A stretch of DNA of 64,000 nt from NCBI GenBank assembly GCA_964016885.1, contig OZ024743.1:284270001-284334000 (forward strand), read 5' to 3'. The stretch's first letter is position 1. The number at the start of each line of letters is the position of its first letter. The notes beneath the pieces were generated by a model that saw nothing but the letters and a program-made list of their open reading frames with translations, searched no databases and was not told where the DNA came from. A program made the translations under genes and the position numbers. Below, in pieces: positions 11,501-23,853 of this stretch. This stretch comes from Eledone cirrhosa. Its lineage: Eukaryota.

Positions 11501-13219
11501 CTGCAATATACAAAGGAATACATATATTGTATTTTTATATCATTGTCAGGATATAATATATTTGCTTGATATTTACTTAAATTTAGACAATGAAATGTTT
11601 GTTTTATTCAATTGGCTTACCTACAAGTTATATAAAAGATATGAATATTACAAAATGAAAAAAAGTGATGCCAAAAAAAAAAAAATATATATATATATTG
11701 GAATATATCATTCCCATGGTAGCTAAAGAATATAATAGTATACAGTAAAGTCTGCTTCTGTTTGAAGGGTTGTAGCTGTATATTTAATTTCATTCTCTTA
11801 AATATGCTATTATTCAATCAATAGTATGATAAATATAGTTAATTGCTTGACTTTTCATTTGAGAGATCTCTATCAACGGATGATTATACCTAATAAATAA
11901 AATAAAAATGGGAAATGGGAACAGCTCTGACATTGATATTACTTACTCAAAAGAAGTGAAGTAGCTATAAGCAATCAAGAATCAAAACCATAAGATTATA
12001 TATATATATACATATATAAATATATATTATCATTATTATTTGGTTTTGTATTTTGTTTGTGCTGTTGACAACGGTGTTTGTGTCATGTTGTTAGTGGGAC
12101 TGGTGGTGGGTGACATTATTTTGGCTGTTCTGTTTGGCAGATGTATATTGAGGTGGTGGTGGTGGTGGGAGGGTGTCTCTATTTGTAAAAAACAAATTTA
12201 GAATATAAAATTAAATATTATAGAGCCTCACTTCTTGAGGGCAAAAGCCATTGCCTTATGTTGCCCCATGTAACAAAAATTATATCAAAACAAGAGTTTT
12301 ACACATGTGAAAATCATCAAAGTTATGGGAGCAAATCCTATCCTAGATGCACACTTTTGCTGCTGCTGCTTATTATTATTATTATTTTTATTAATTTATC
12401 TTCAGAGGTGAAACATTTTAAATATTTACATCTGTTCTAAGTTTCTATCAGTTTGATCTCCGATCAACAGCAGTTGTCATATCTTACATATCTACACCGA
12501 ACCAGACTGGATTCAAACTAGGAACCTTTCTTTCTAAAACTATAGGTAATTTATCCAAGAGGCGACTGATGCATGTCTCTACCCTAGTTTAATTTATCAA
12601 CAATAACTTGTTTAGATATTGAATCAAAGCCATGCTGTGAACTTGAAACTTGATGTTTGAGAAGCATCTGAATCTACAAAATTTTGGAATAGTTGTAGAC
12701 TTTTGATAAGAAAATATAGCATAGATGGCCAAGTTAATTAGAAAACCAATATGGTATGTGTTACTAAGGCATTTAACTCACAATGATTGAGTCCTCCTAG
12801 TTGTTAGCAGATACAACAGGGTAATATAAGTTGTTACTATAAGTAACAACAGCACTGTAATATTAACAACACACTTTGAGGACAAGGGAAGAGGATATGT
12901 TTCTTATATACTTAATACCACTGCAATCAAAGATAAGCTGCAGTCCAGTAAACCATGGTGCAAGAGAATAGAATTTCATGATAATTTTCATCAGCACCAT
13001 TTTATTTAATACACTTTTCCAATATTTGAAAAATTATATAATTTGTACAGGATTACTGAGCTGTAACTGAAGCAGTGAGTTTTGGCATGTGTGGATGTTT
13101 TTGCCTAATAATATCTGCTGTTATCTAAACTATAATAAAGTAAGGAGCGTGGGACTGCGTACGGTTTATAATTTTTTATCCCATTAGTAAAATAAGTTGG
13201 ATTACTTTGAATAAATAAT

Positions 13220-13403
13220 TGTTTCTACTTTAGGCACAAGGCCAGCAATTATCCAGTGCATTACTGGTACTTTATTTTATCGACCCTGTAAGGATGAAAG
13301 GCAAAGTCAACCTCGGCGGGATTTGAACTCAGATCGTAAAGGGACGTAACTTTGCTGGAAAACATGGCGTCCGACCCTCTACCGATACTGCCAATCCACC
13401 GCC
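13220..13403 (-). mobile_element. Young full-length SINE family A with 18-bp TSD
   Basis: A-box tggcagtatcgg, B-box gagttcaaatcc; TSD ttactttgaataaataat at 13202 and 13404. Confidence 0.95.
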
Positions 13404-13727
13404 TTACTTTGAATAAATAATGAATGAATATTACATAATCTATCTACTAAATTTCGTGACTGTTCATTAAATATATTTTATTACTTTTTTAAAGATTCAC
13501 TTCTTTAAAATATTCAAATGTCAACATTTCCGGTTAGCGGTCACTTAAATAAATATTCATATATTTCTGTCACCAATTTTCACCTAATGCAGTTTATATA
13601 TAATATCGTCTTTTTTTAATGTATCATGGATTATGTTACTGATTACATAAGACAGTGTAACACAGTCTTCGTTCAATTTCTGTGTATATTGTCAATTACG
13701 ATTTTATCAATATACACACTACACATG

Positions 13728-13764
13728 CTAGCAGAAAACCACCCTTCGGGTGGTTTTCTGCTAG
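13728..13764. repeat. Perfect 17-bp inverted repeat with a 3-nt loop
   Basis: ctagcagaaaaccaccc-ttc-gggtggttttctgctag. Confidence 0.95.
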
Positions 13765-14319
13765 TGTGTATAATGTAGTTAACACATCACATGAAAAGCA
13801 CTTGGTTTCTATCAATCAGGTGAAAATCACATTATGAAAAAGAAGAATGAGCATTAGTTTTATAGCCTTATGATGTTGGTTAACCCTAAGTCAGACCTGA
13901 TCCAACAGACCTTTAATCAATTCCATGACCACCCCAACTTCATTTTTACACACAGTTTATCTATGGCACTCATATCCAATTTGTCCTTCATTTTGTTAAG
14001 ACAGTAGAGGGTATAATTATTTGACTAAATCTCAGTGCATAACTTTCATTTAGAGAGCTTGTATGTAATCACCAGACATATTCAAATAAGCAACCAAATC
14101 TCACTAAAATCACATACCCTATCATCTTATAAAAGAAGTGTTCATTAGATAATATAACTCTACACACCTACTCCTAATATACTGGGATGGTCATGACTGC
14201 TGTTTATTCAAAGGAAATTAATATAAACTTATATTAGTAAAGTTCACTGTGTTAATGTTAAATCTCTTTTGGGTAAGCTTTCTTAAAAGCAAAATTGTAG
14301 AAGGGTTCCACAGACTTAC

Positions 14320-14545
14320 CGTGTTGCTTTGAACACACGAAGCAAACGTGCACATCTGAGCACGCTCACTCCTAATGGTTTGATTAAGTTTGTATGAATC
14401 AGGATAACCTCAACAATACTACAAATCACAACAAAGCTGTCAAAACGGTTAAAAAGGGAAACAAAATAACTTTCAAATCCCAAGCTGTACATTTTCAATA
14501 ACATCTCACAGGTGAACACAACAACAAAAAGTAGATTGGCAACTT
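14320..14545 (-). CDS. Cav1: Cav1 exon, IIS2-IIS4 (EVANLLF...FNRFD...[19 protein letters not shown])
   Basis: ttttgcag acceptor, gtaagt donor, 226 nt, phase 1 to 2. Confidence 0.97.
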
Positions 14546-14944
14546 CTGCAAAAAGAAAAAAAGAAATAAAGAAAGAAAATTGAGTGTTTGATTTTAAAAT
14601 GGATAGAAAAGTCACAACACAAAAGTCTCAAACACTTTGGATTCTTGATCCAAAAGACAAATAAATAAATATCATAGGTATAATTCTAGAATACAGTGTG
14701 CCCATGGGTAAGGTACATAACTCTGTCTCCATTTGCCTAAGGTAACTGGAGAAGGCTGCATTAAATGTGATCTGCTGGATGTACATGGATGTTTAATTGT
14801 GTATCAGTTTGGGCCCAAGCTATATGAGTAAAGGATTCAGAATAAATCAGTGTATGCAGTCTGAGGAGAAGTGATATTAGAAAGGGACTAAAAGTTAATC
14901 ACTGTAGGGGAGGGGGGATGACTTCCCTTGTTTGGTTAAATAAT

Positions 14945-15128
14945 TGTTTCTACTTTAGGCACAAGGCCAGCAATTACCCAGTGCATTACTGGTACTTTAT
15001 TTTATCGACCCCATAAGGATGAAAGGCAAAGTCAACCTCGGCGGGATTTGAACTCAGATCGTAAAGGGACGTAACTATGCTGGAAAGCATGGCGTCCGAC
15101 CTTCTACCGATACTGCCAATCCACCGCC
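14945..15128 (-). mobile_element. Young full-length SINE family A with 17-bp TSD
   Basis: TSD ttgtttggttaaataat at 14928 and 15129; nearly identical to the 13220 and 44760 copies. Confidence 0.95.
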
Positions 15129-15884
15129 TTGTTTGGTTAAATAATGACTGTTGAATGAAAAATCATTAATGTGAGCAAAACCAAGGACTCCTCATAGAAA
15201 TGAGATGAGATTATATAAGATAACATGGCAAAATAATAAATTGCAACCTGTCAATCCCATGTCAGCATTGAAAAACAAATAAAACAGATGATGATGATGA
15301 GACAGACAGATAAATAGAGAGAGAGAGATTGATGGTAAGCAATTAAGAATTGGTAATGGTAGGGGAGAATTGAATACCATCAAATCCAATGTAATGACAT
15401 CCTTCATAACACAGATAGTGTGATGGAATAAATAGAATGACTGTAGGGAGGTGCATTGATAAGAAAATAAGGAAGAGAGAGAGCAGTATATAAAAACTTA
15501 ATGTAAACAGAATGACAGAGAGAGACTGAAATATAGATATTACACATCACAATCTCCATCATTCTAACTATGTGAATGATTAGCATAACACACAGTACCA
15601 GATTTCTCAAGCATCTCAGTGACTATTCCATATGGTTCAGCAGCATTCCTTGTCTCTTTCTTTTTGGCATCAGTAAAGGCAAGTGTGCAGTTATCATTTC
15701 ATACACTTCCCACCAACAATATTTAAATTCTTTACAGTCCTATATGAGCGAGACACGGTCACCCGATCAATCTTGCCACAAGTGGCACGATTCCTGTCTA
15801 ACCCATGCTAGCGTGGAAGATAGATGTTAGATGATGATGATGATGATGAGGTAATCTGAAATACTACGTTACAGAACATGTGTA

Positions 15885-16960
15885 AACCATGTTTTACTTA
15901 CCCATCCCATCTGACCTCATCACCACCTACCAAAGTCAGGTATCTAGCACTATACAGGAACTCATCATCTCATTCTTTTCCTGCCACCAACATCATGGTG
16001 AATTTTACCAGATTACTGGAGTGACTTTGGATATTAGGATGGGACTTAACTATACCATCTTATTTGATGGCTATATTAAGAACCAAATTGTTGCCTAATT
16101 CAGTGGTCCAGCCTGGAACTTTGACATACACATCAATGATTGTACTGGTCCCACCTCCCTCATTTGCATCCAACACACCATCTTTATTGATTCTTTCTAC
16201 TTAGCTTTTGACCTCCCTTCCACAATCTCTTCCTCTTCAGTTAACTTCCTTGACATCTGTGTCACCATCAACCACCCAAAACCCTCTCAACTTCCATTTC
16301 TAACAAATCTACAGACTCCAACTTTGCCTCTTCCCATCCCAACCACTCAAAATATTCCATTCTCAACTCACAATTGCTACAACTATGTGGCCTGTGTAGC
16401 AAAGATCAGGATTTTGTGACCCAAACCCACCTAATGGCCCAGCATTTTATATGACATAGCTACCCACACAGAATCGTTCACAACTCCATTCTTTGAGCCA
16501 ACAACACTGATCTTATTTCAACCTTCACACCACACACTCACACTATCAAACTCCCTTCACTTTGACCGCCACCTCCTTCATATTCCATAATTTCCCCTCT
16601 TCAAATAGATACCCACCACCTGCATCAAAGTACCCAAATCAAATCTTACTCTTATTCCTGAACCCATTGCAATGCTTACCTGTACATCCCCAACCATATC
16701 ACTGACCATTTAACTTATACCACTAAAAATGTCATTTATTGTCTTAAATGCCTTTTCTGTGGTCTCATACACATTGGAGAGACTGGTCACAGATTAGTGG
16801 ATCATTTCATTAAACAACTATGAGGTATCCCTTTGAACAACATCATATCACCTGTTATCTGTCACTTTAACTGACTTGCTCACACTATTTCCCCACCTCT
16901 CGATCTGAGGTGTGATTTCACATAATGGCTCCACCCCATTAGAGGGCAACATCATATCAT
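15885..16960 (+). mobile_element. Degenerate Penelope-like element (RT plus GIY-YIG endonuclease)
   Basis: Decayed motifs in order: YQITGV..IRMG.NY..LF.GYI; YIND (YIDD-like); VNFLDI; KSTDS; SSHP; TKNVIYCLKC..CG..HIGETG.RL (VIY...YIG). Confidence 0.8.
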
Positions 16961-16966
16961 GGACAT

Positions 16967-17443
16967 TTTAAACCTGGTAGAGACCATCCCTTCTCCAGAT
17001 CTGAACAAAGCTGATTTCTCCCATAGAAGGAAAGAAAGTGATAGAGAGAAAATAAGAAAGAAATATAGAGTAGGAATTGATCCTAATACTGGACTGGTAC
17101 TTTTTTATCAACTTCAGAAAGATGAAAGGCAAAGATGACCTTTTTTTAACTTTGACAATTGGAATCACCATATCTTCTGAAGACGGCAAATTGGCAGAGT
17201 CATTAGAATGTCAGATAGAATGCATTGCTGTATTCGTTTTGGTTCTCTGCTCTCTGAGTTTAAATCCTGTTGAGGTGAACTTTGCCTTTTATTCTTCTGA
17301 GGTTGATAAGAATAGTACCAGTTCAGTACTGGTGTCGATTCTTTCTCTATATTTCTTTCTGGTTTCCTCTATATCACTCTTTTTCCTTATTCTGGAAGAA
17401 AGTAGCAATATCAGAAGAGAGGATGGGCTCTGCCAGGTTTAAA
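16967..17443. repeat. Diverged inverted pair of SINE-A-related elements with a distinct 3' tail (arms about 175 bp)
   Basis: tttaaacctggtagagaccatcc... at the left end and ...ggatgggctctgccaggtttaaa at the right end; both arms contain the family A core. Confidence 0.75.
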
Positions 17444-17554
17444 CAAAGTGCACTGCCGTATGTCACTACAGTGCCCCTATGACTCTACCAGGAGTTACAG
17501 GTCCATATATGTTAAGGAAATACCCTTAATAAATATCAAGAAAGTAATGTTTAC

Positions 17555-17715
17555 CTTGGAACTGGTCAAGCCATGGAGGCTGTTGATAGTGTTCTGATGT
17601 AAGAACTCCAGTATTTAGAAACACCATTACAATTACAACCCAGTAAAAGGCTTGTGATTTTACTAAACGTCGAGAAAGTCTCCGGCAACGACGATTCCAT
17701 TTCTGAAATCGGCGG
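17555..17715 (-). CDS. Cav1: Cav1 exon, IIS1 ([25 protein letters not shown]...[13 protein letters not shown])
   Basis: ttttacag acceptor, gtaaac donor, 161 nt, phase 2 to 1. Confidence 0.97.
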
Positions 17716-18039
17716 CTGTAAAATATAAACATGAAAAATTTTAGGAAGATAACTAAGTCTTGAAACTATATACATGTACATAACAATGGATTGAAACCTG
17801 GTAATCAGTCTAAAAGTTATCTCAAACATATACTGGTTAATTACATGCACCATTATTTTTGTATTCAAATTACAAAGCTGTACATATTAGATGCATTATA
17901 ATTATCAGTAAATTAAGACATTGCATGTTTTTTTGTGCCAACCATCTCCAATATCAAGTAAAGATAAAATGAGTGTTTTATTTTATAAAATACCACAGTC
18001 TAGAGTAAAAGTAAAGTAATAAATACATTATAAACATAA

Positions 18040-18425
18040 TAATGAAATTATTGTGGACAGTGCTCAGGTGCACTACAACTCATCAAAGGTGCATGTATGG
18101 TACATAGAATAATGTACAACTGTCAGGAAAATGAACAATGTACGAGTCATGAAATACATGTGTGCATGTGAATGGAGGGGGGATATCAGGTATAGTGTTG
18201 GCAAATCTCAGGAAGCATGGAGGTTTTAAAGGATGCAGTTTCTCAACAGCTAATAACTGATGCAGGGAGTTTGTTCCATGCTTCAGCAACTCTGAGCATG
18301 AAAAAATGTTTCCAAAAGTCATGGGAGCTGTGCTGTTTTCTGACTTTGTTGGTATGCCCATGTGTGTTAGACACATGGAAATCAAAAAAGGTGCTCAGGG
18401 TTGTTGTTGGCAAGATGGTTAATAC
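18040..18425 (-). mobile_element. CR1-clade LINE 3' fragment
   Basis: THGHTNKVRKQHSSHDFWKHFFMLRVAEAWNKLP is the typical CR1 ORF2 end (TRGH..KL....RK.FF..RV...WN.LP), followed by a 3' UTR and ATT-rich tail. Confidence 0.85.
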
Positions 18426-19349
18426 ATTTTTTTTTAACACAATAGGAGGGTTTCTTTTGCCTAGAGATGAATTTGTAAAGGAAGTGGTGTATAGTTGATT
18501 AATTTGGGCCTATACTACTAGTTTAGTAACAAAAATGCCCACAATATCTCTTGGGATTGAACAATGTTGAATGAAGTGGCAACTGCAGACAGTGAAACCA
18601 GATCAGCGATTGGCTATTATGAAAAATAAATACCCTCTGCTAATTCTTTTTTACTGTTTAGTGAAGGAGGGCTGGGAAGTTTCTATGAACTTTTTCAAGA
18701 CCTCCAAGAATGGTAGAAGAGAGGGTAGGAGGAAGATATATTAAATCTAGAGACTTGCCCTGAATGCTTGCAACAGAGTAGACTCCACTAAAGCACCCAT
18801 GAGCTAGGTGGTGGTGTTAAACTGGGCAACAAATTTAGCCTACTACCCATATCAGTCTTAGCAGGATTTGAACTCAGAATGCAAAGAGTTGGAACAAACG
18901 CCATGAATGCCAATTTTGGACAGCTTCATTATTTTAGATGAAAGACAAAGTTGACCTCAGCTTTAATCATAACTTTTTTTGACATCAGCAAGGTAATATT
19001 AGCAATGGATTAAGTAATTTTGAACACCTAAATAGGTAACATCAAGTCAAAGGAAGAGCCACTAAATGGTTACATGACTTGCTAGAAATAGCAGCCAAAT
19101 CTCCCTAGAATTGTACCCTACTTTTTCCATTAGATAATGCAGTCAAAAATATACACTGATCTAGAAAATGATGGAATAATCATGGCCTGAAAGCCTTTAA
19201 TCCTGGATCTTCTCAGTCAGGGTTGACCTGGTGTTAAACAAAAAGGACAATTTTTAACTGCAGTTTCATGCTTAATTTGAAAAACAAATTGTAAATTATA
19301 AAATGTTGTTCCATGTTCAAAAAAGTAAACAAGCATCTGAACTTTATAC

Positions 19350-19434
19350 CTTTTTACACTCCACCAGGTCTGTTGTATTTCCCCACTGTCTAAATCTTCA
19401 TTTTTTTCTGATGATTCCGTATCACTCGGTTTAT
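19350..19434 (-). CDS. Cav1: Cav1 exon, I-II linker (NKPSDTESSEKNEDLDSGEIQQTWWSVKS)
   Basis: ttttttgtag acceptor, gtataa donor, 85 nt, open frame; its phase 1 to 2 is exactly what joins the flanking exons. Confidence 0.9.
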
Positions 19435-20589
19435 CTACAAAAAATAAAATGCAATTTCCAGTATTTGATTGGTTTGCAGTGGAAGAAAGGTTAGAATTTA
19501 GACCAATAAGAAGATGACAGCATGATTATGGTGTGCCATTAGTTGGATGGAATGACAAGACTAGTTCTATATGGCTGGAGGTTGAAGTTTACAAATACTT
19601 TTATTTCATTGAACTTACTCAGAGAAATCAATATCTTTTAGATTAAATATATGGGATATTTTCCCGACTCAACTTTTTTACTTCAAACTCCAACAACCAT
19701 AAAACTAGTACTACTTGTACACTGCAGCTACTACTAAAACTACAACTGCTAATACTATGCAGGAGAGATGCTAATATGATCCTGGAAAGATGAAAAACAA
19801 AGACAGGTTCAGCAGGACTTGAAGGAAGATAACTAAAAAGTACAAAGTATTTTGTTCTATACTCGACCAATTCTACCATTTCCCCATTCTTACATAAATA
19901 AAAATGTAAGTATATATAGAGCAAACACTGAATAGTAGTAGAATGCTTCCAGCAATTGAAACCCTCTACCAGAATTTGATAATCAGTTGGAGCTTCACTT
20001 CATATCTATTGCTAATTTGCTAGAACCACCCCCCACTCATAAAAATCAGTTTCATTTTTCTTTTCCCTCTAAAACTCAATCCCAATGCTTATGTAAAGAA
20101 ATCAATATATATATATTCATATTCTTATGTATATTATTTATTGTCGTTTCATCGTTCATCATCACAATCATCATCATTACTACTGTTATTTCTCAATCTC
20201 AGTATCAGATTTCTCTCTCTCATATATGTGTATATATATATACATACATAACACCCAAAATTTCCTTTGTCAAGCAGAGAAAAATCTGTATAGATTTAAT
20301 ATGAAAGTGATTGAATTTGCAAGAGGTTTTCCTTTTAAGATGGACAGCTTTATGTTCCATTAAGTTGGGCTATTTCCATCTCAGTAATCAATCCTAACAG
20401 AAAAGCATTATCCAGAAAAAAGGACCACATTGATTATCTATAATGTTGAAATCGAAAAAAAAATTAGAAAAAATCTTATTAAATAGATATTAAATGGGAG
20501 CAAGTATTAGTTTATATTTAGAGAATATATATATATATATATATATGTACATGTGTGTGTATATGTGTATGTATATATATATATATAGT

Positions 20590-20830
20590 TAATAAATGAA
20601 ATAAACAAAACACAGGAGGCAATTTTACACAGTTATATTAGGTTCATGCTTCTACAGGACTAGAACTGCTTCATTCGTATGAAATCATCAAGAATATAGA
20701 TGAAACAGTTCTAATGATGTAGAAGTCATTTCTATATAAAATAAAATATGCTTATTCTCTACTAATGTATTGAGAACCTTGTTTAACAGTTGGTTTTTAC
20801 CAATCCTCTTTGGAATATCATCCTTAATTA
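20590..20830. mobile_element. Inverted-repeat element with hammerhead-like core, flanked by (TA)n (family H, copy 1)
   Basis: Arms ttctacaggactagaactgcttcat / atgaaacagttctaatgatgtagaa; flank is homologous to 28510-28600. Confidence 0.6.
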
Positions 20831-20856
20831 TATATATACATCATCCAAGTAATACT

Positions 20857-21693
20857 AAATGGTGTCATACCGAATGATTGGCACCACAGCATCATTGTCA
20901 ACTATTACAAGGGTAAAGGATATGCATTAGATAGAGGAAACTATAGAGGCATTGAGTTGATGGACCAGGTCATGAAAGTAACAGAAAAAGTTATAGCACA
21001 GTTGATTAGGGACCGGGTTAATATAGATGAGATGCAGTTGTGCCAGGTAAAAGCATCACAGATGCTCTCTTCCTTGTGAAACAGCTACAGGAGAAATACC
21101 TAACTAAAAGTAAGCTGCTCTGCCTGGTATTTGTTGATCTGGAGAAAGCTTTTGACAGAGTGCCCTGTGCTATAATCTGGTGGGCTCTTAGAAAACTAGA
21201 AGAAGATGAGTGGCTTGTGAAGACTGTACAAACCATGTATAAAGGAGCAGTCAGCAAAGTTAAGGTTAACAATGACTATCACAAGGAATCTAGCGTGCAT
21301 GTTGGCATCCACCAGGGCTCTGTTCTTAGCCCTCTGATGTTTATTATTGTATTGCAGGCTATAATAGAAGAGTTTAAGACAGGCTTCCCATGGAAACTTC
21401 TGTATGCAGATGATCTTACACTCATAGCTATGTCTATGGCAGAAGAGAGAAGAAATTCCAAATCTGGAAGCATGGTCTAGAAACATAGAGTCTTAAAAAT
21501 CAACCTGAAAAATTAAGGTCCTAGTAAGTAGAAAGGAAAACAGCCATGATCCCTTTGGGGAAATGGTCTTGCTTAGTGTGTAGGAAAGGTGTAGGTAGAA
21601 ATTCCATCCTCTGTCCCAAATGCAAAGAAATATAGTGTGATTTCAGGTAGTTTAGCTAAAAACGTAGGTTTTAAATGTAGCCACTGCTGTATG
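20857..21693 (+). mobile_element. RTE LINE RT fragment
   Basis: FVDLEKAFDRVP, GIHQGSVLSPL, LLYADD, then a decayed PHD region. Confidence 0.92.
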
Positions 21694-21796
21694 CATATAT
21701 GTGCATGTATATATATATATATATATACACACACATACATACAGCAGTGGCTACATGTAAAACACATATACATATATATATATATACATACATATA

Positions 21797-22020
21797 CATC
21801 ATTTTCATTTCATTTCATTTTACGTCCGCTTTTCCCTGCTTGCAAGGGTGGGACGGGAACTGATTCTGGCTTGATTTCTACAGCTGGATGCCCTTCCTAA
21901 CACCAACCTCATTTACAGTGAGTGCTGGGTGCTTTTTTTTCCGTGGCACCTCCACGACCACTTTGCAGTGGAATGATATGGACCCCAGTCCCTATCATCT
22001 CATTTCTACAGCTGAGTAAA
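21797..22020 (-). mobile_element. SINE family B, 3' part
   Basis: Reverse complement of 2430-2640. Confidence 0.85.
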
Positions 22021-22112
22021 CATATATATATATATATTCATACATACACATATACATATATATATATATACATACACATATACATACATACATATATATA
22101 CATACATACATA

Positions 22113-22285
22113 AATGGTTTTCCAAAGGGGATTAGGAAGAAACCACAGTTAAATAAAGTATAGCAGATACAACCTTATTTCAAGACTAGAATTGTCACAT
22201 TTGTTTGAAATCATCAGGAATATTTGATGATCTCAAATGAATGAAACAGATCTAGTCATGTTGAAGGAATTTCTATATGAACGTA

Positions 22286-22290
<5 letters not shown>
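22113..22290. mobile_element. Family H inverted element, copy 2
   Basis: gactagaattgtcacatttgtttgaaatcatcagg / tgatgatctcaaatgaatgaaacagatctagtc, between (TA)n tracts. Confidence 0.55.
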
Positions 22291-22340
<50 letters not shown>

Positions 22341-22345
<5 letters not shown>

Positions 22346-22600
22346 TATATACTTCAATATAAGCCGACCCCACAAATTTTATGTCTGAGAAATGGGTAAA
22401 AATCCAAACCATGTATAAGCCGGGGCAGCTAAATAACACTATGTTTAGATGGCACAGTTTTTAAATTCTCACGAGTGGAGAATATATTTATGAAGTTTTA
22501 ATATTTTGATATTTAAAATATTTTAAGTGTTGTTTAGAGAATAGTTTTTGTTTCACAACTTCATTACATTATGATTTTTTAACCATTTCATTTATTTTAT
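22341..22600. mobile_element. pogo/Tigger-like DNA transposon fragment (second copy at about 25479..25720)
   Basis: TIR-like tacagtatatact..tataagccgacc; internal tggagaatatatttatgaagttttaatattttgatatttaaaatattttaagtgtt is identical in both copies. Confidence 0.65.
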
Positions 22601-22648
22601 AAAGTTTCAACACGTTTCTCAAATTTTTGTTTATTTCCAGCCACTCAC

Positions 22649-22661
22649 ATGCTGGGAGTTG
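22649..22661 (-). other. Candidate 13-nt microexon in the Cav1 I-II linker
   Basis: ctcttgctttcag|CAACTCCCAGCAT|gtgagt, preceded by about 200 nt of pyrimidine-rich sequence containing TGC motifs; phase 1 to 2. Confidence 0.5.
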
Positions 22662-23853
22662 CTGAAAGCAAGAGATTAAATAAAAGAACATTGTATAGGG
22701 ATTCAGAGGATAAGAGGGAAGGAGAAACAGCAAGCAAGAGAGAGGAAAGGCTGAGTGAGAAAAACAGAAGGTGAGACTGGGAGAAGAGAGAGAGTAAGAG
22801 CAATAAAATGCAAATGAGAAGTAAGATTGAAAGAAAAAGTAGAATTAAGTCAGAGAAAAAGAACAGTTGGCACACATGTGTGGAAGTGTATGTGTGTGTG
22901 TAAATTGATTTAAATGAATATGGGTGGTTGAAAAGACTAGATACCTTAACATCGACAACATCAGAAAGGTGGGAAAAAATATTTAGGGTTATGATATATA
23001 TTTTTTAATGAATTCATTAATTCGTTTGTTCATAAACACACACACATATACATATATATTTGCTTGCTTGCTTCTTGAGGTTGATTTTGAACACTTTCCA
23101 AGATGTAAACAGAACTCATTAAAATGCAGAGAAACTCATGAGAGTCAACAGCCATCCAATAAGTAGTTCACCTCATGCCATATTACTTTCCTAGGTGATG
23201 CAGTACCGGAGAGGTTCAACTTTGTGACAATAAAACATGAGGACTGTTGTTCAAAGGGTCTTATGTCACAAGTACCATAAGACTCCAGCAGATCCAAAAA
23301 GTGCGGCTGGTATTATACAAGTTCTCATCACTTTAAACAAATCATCTGTGTAGTAGTCTATCATTTTAGCAGTCAGTTCTACACGACATCAACCAGCAAT
23401 AGGACCAATCACAAGAGAGTAAAGACAAATGGACAGATAAAAGATATTACTGAAAGTCTCTAGCTAGCATTCTACACAGTACCAACCACTGGGTGATGGC
23501 CATTCTAGCACAAACCAGTGAATGATTGTACTGTACTCAAAAGATGACAAACTAGGTTTTTTTAGATATAGCACTGCTTTCCCCAATCTGGGAAGGGGCA
23601 AGAAAAGGAGCCTGAAACATTGCTTAGCCATAATAAAGAATATGTAGGCTCGACTTTGCTATTGAATACTTTTTCTCATGTTAGTCAATAACACACAGGT
23701 ATATATTTTACACACACAAGTCTTAATGCTGGAACCACGAAAAAAATGCACATAGATAGCACACTCTGTAAAGTGGGAGTGCTGGTGCCATGATAAAATG
23801 CACCCAATCCACATTCTAAAATGGTTGAACTAGAAATATAAATGAAGTCATAC

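Noticed and set aside
19619-19782. Extra I-II linker exon between a strong tttccag acceptor and a gtaagt donor
   Set aside because: All three frames contain stops and the acceptor lies in a decayed SINE core.
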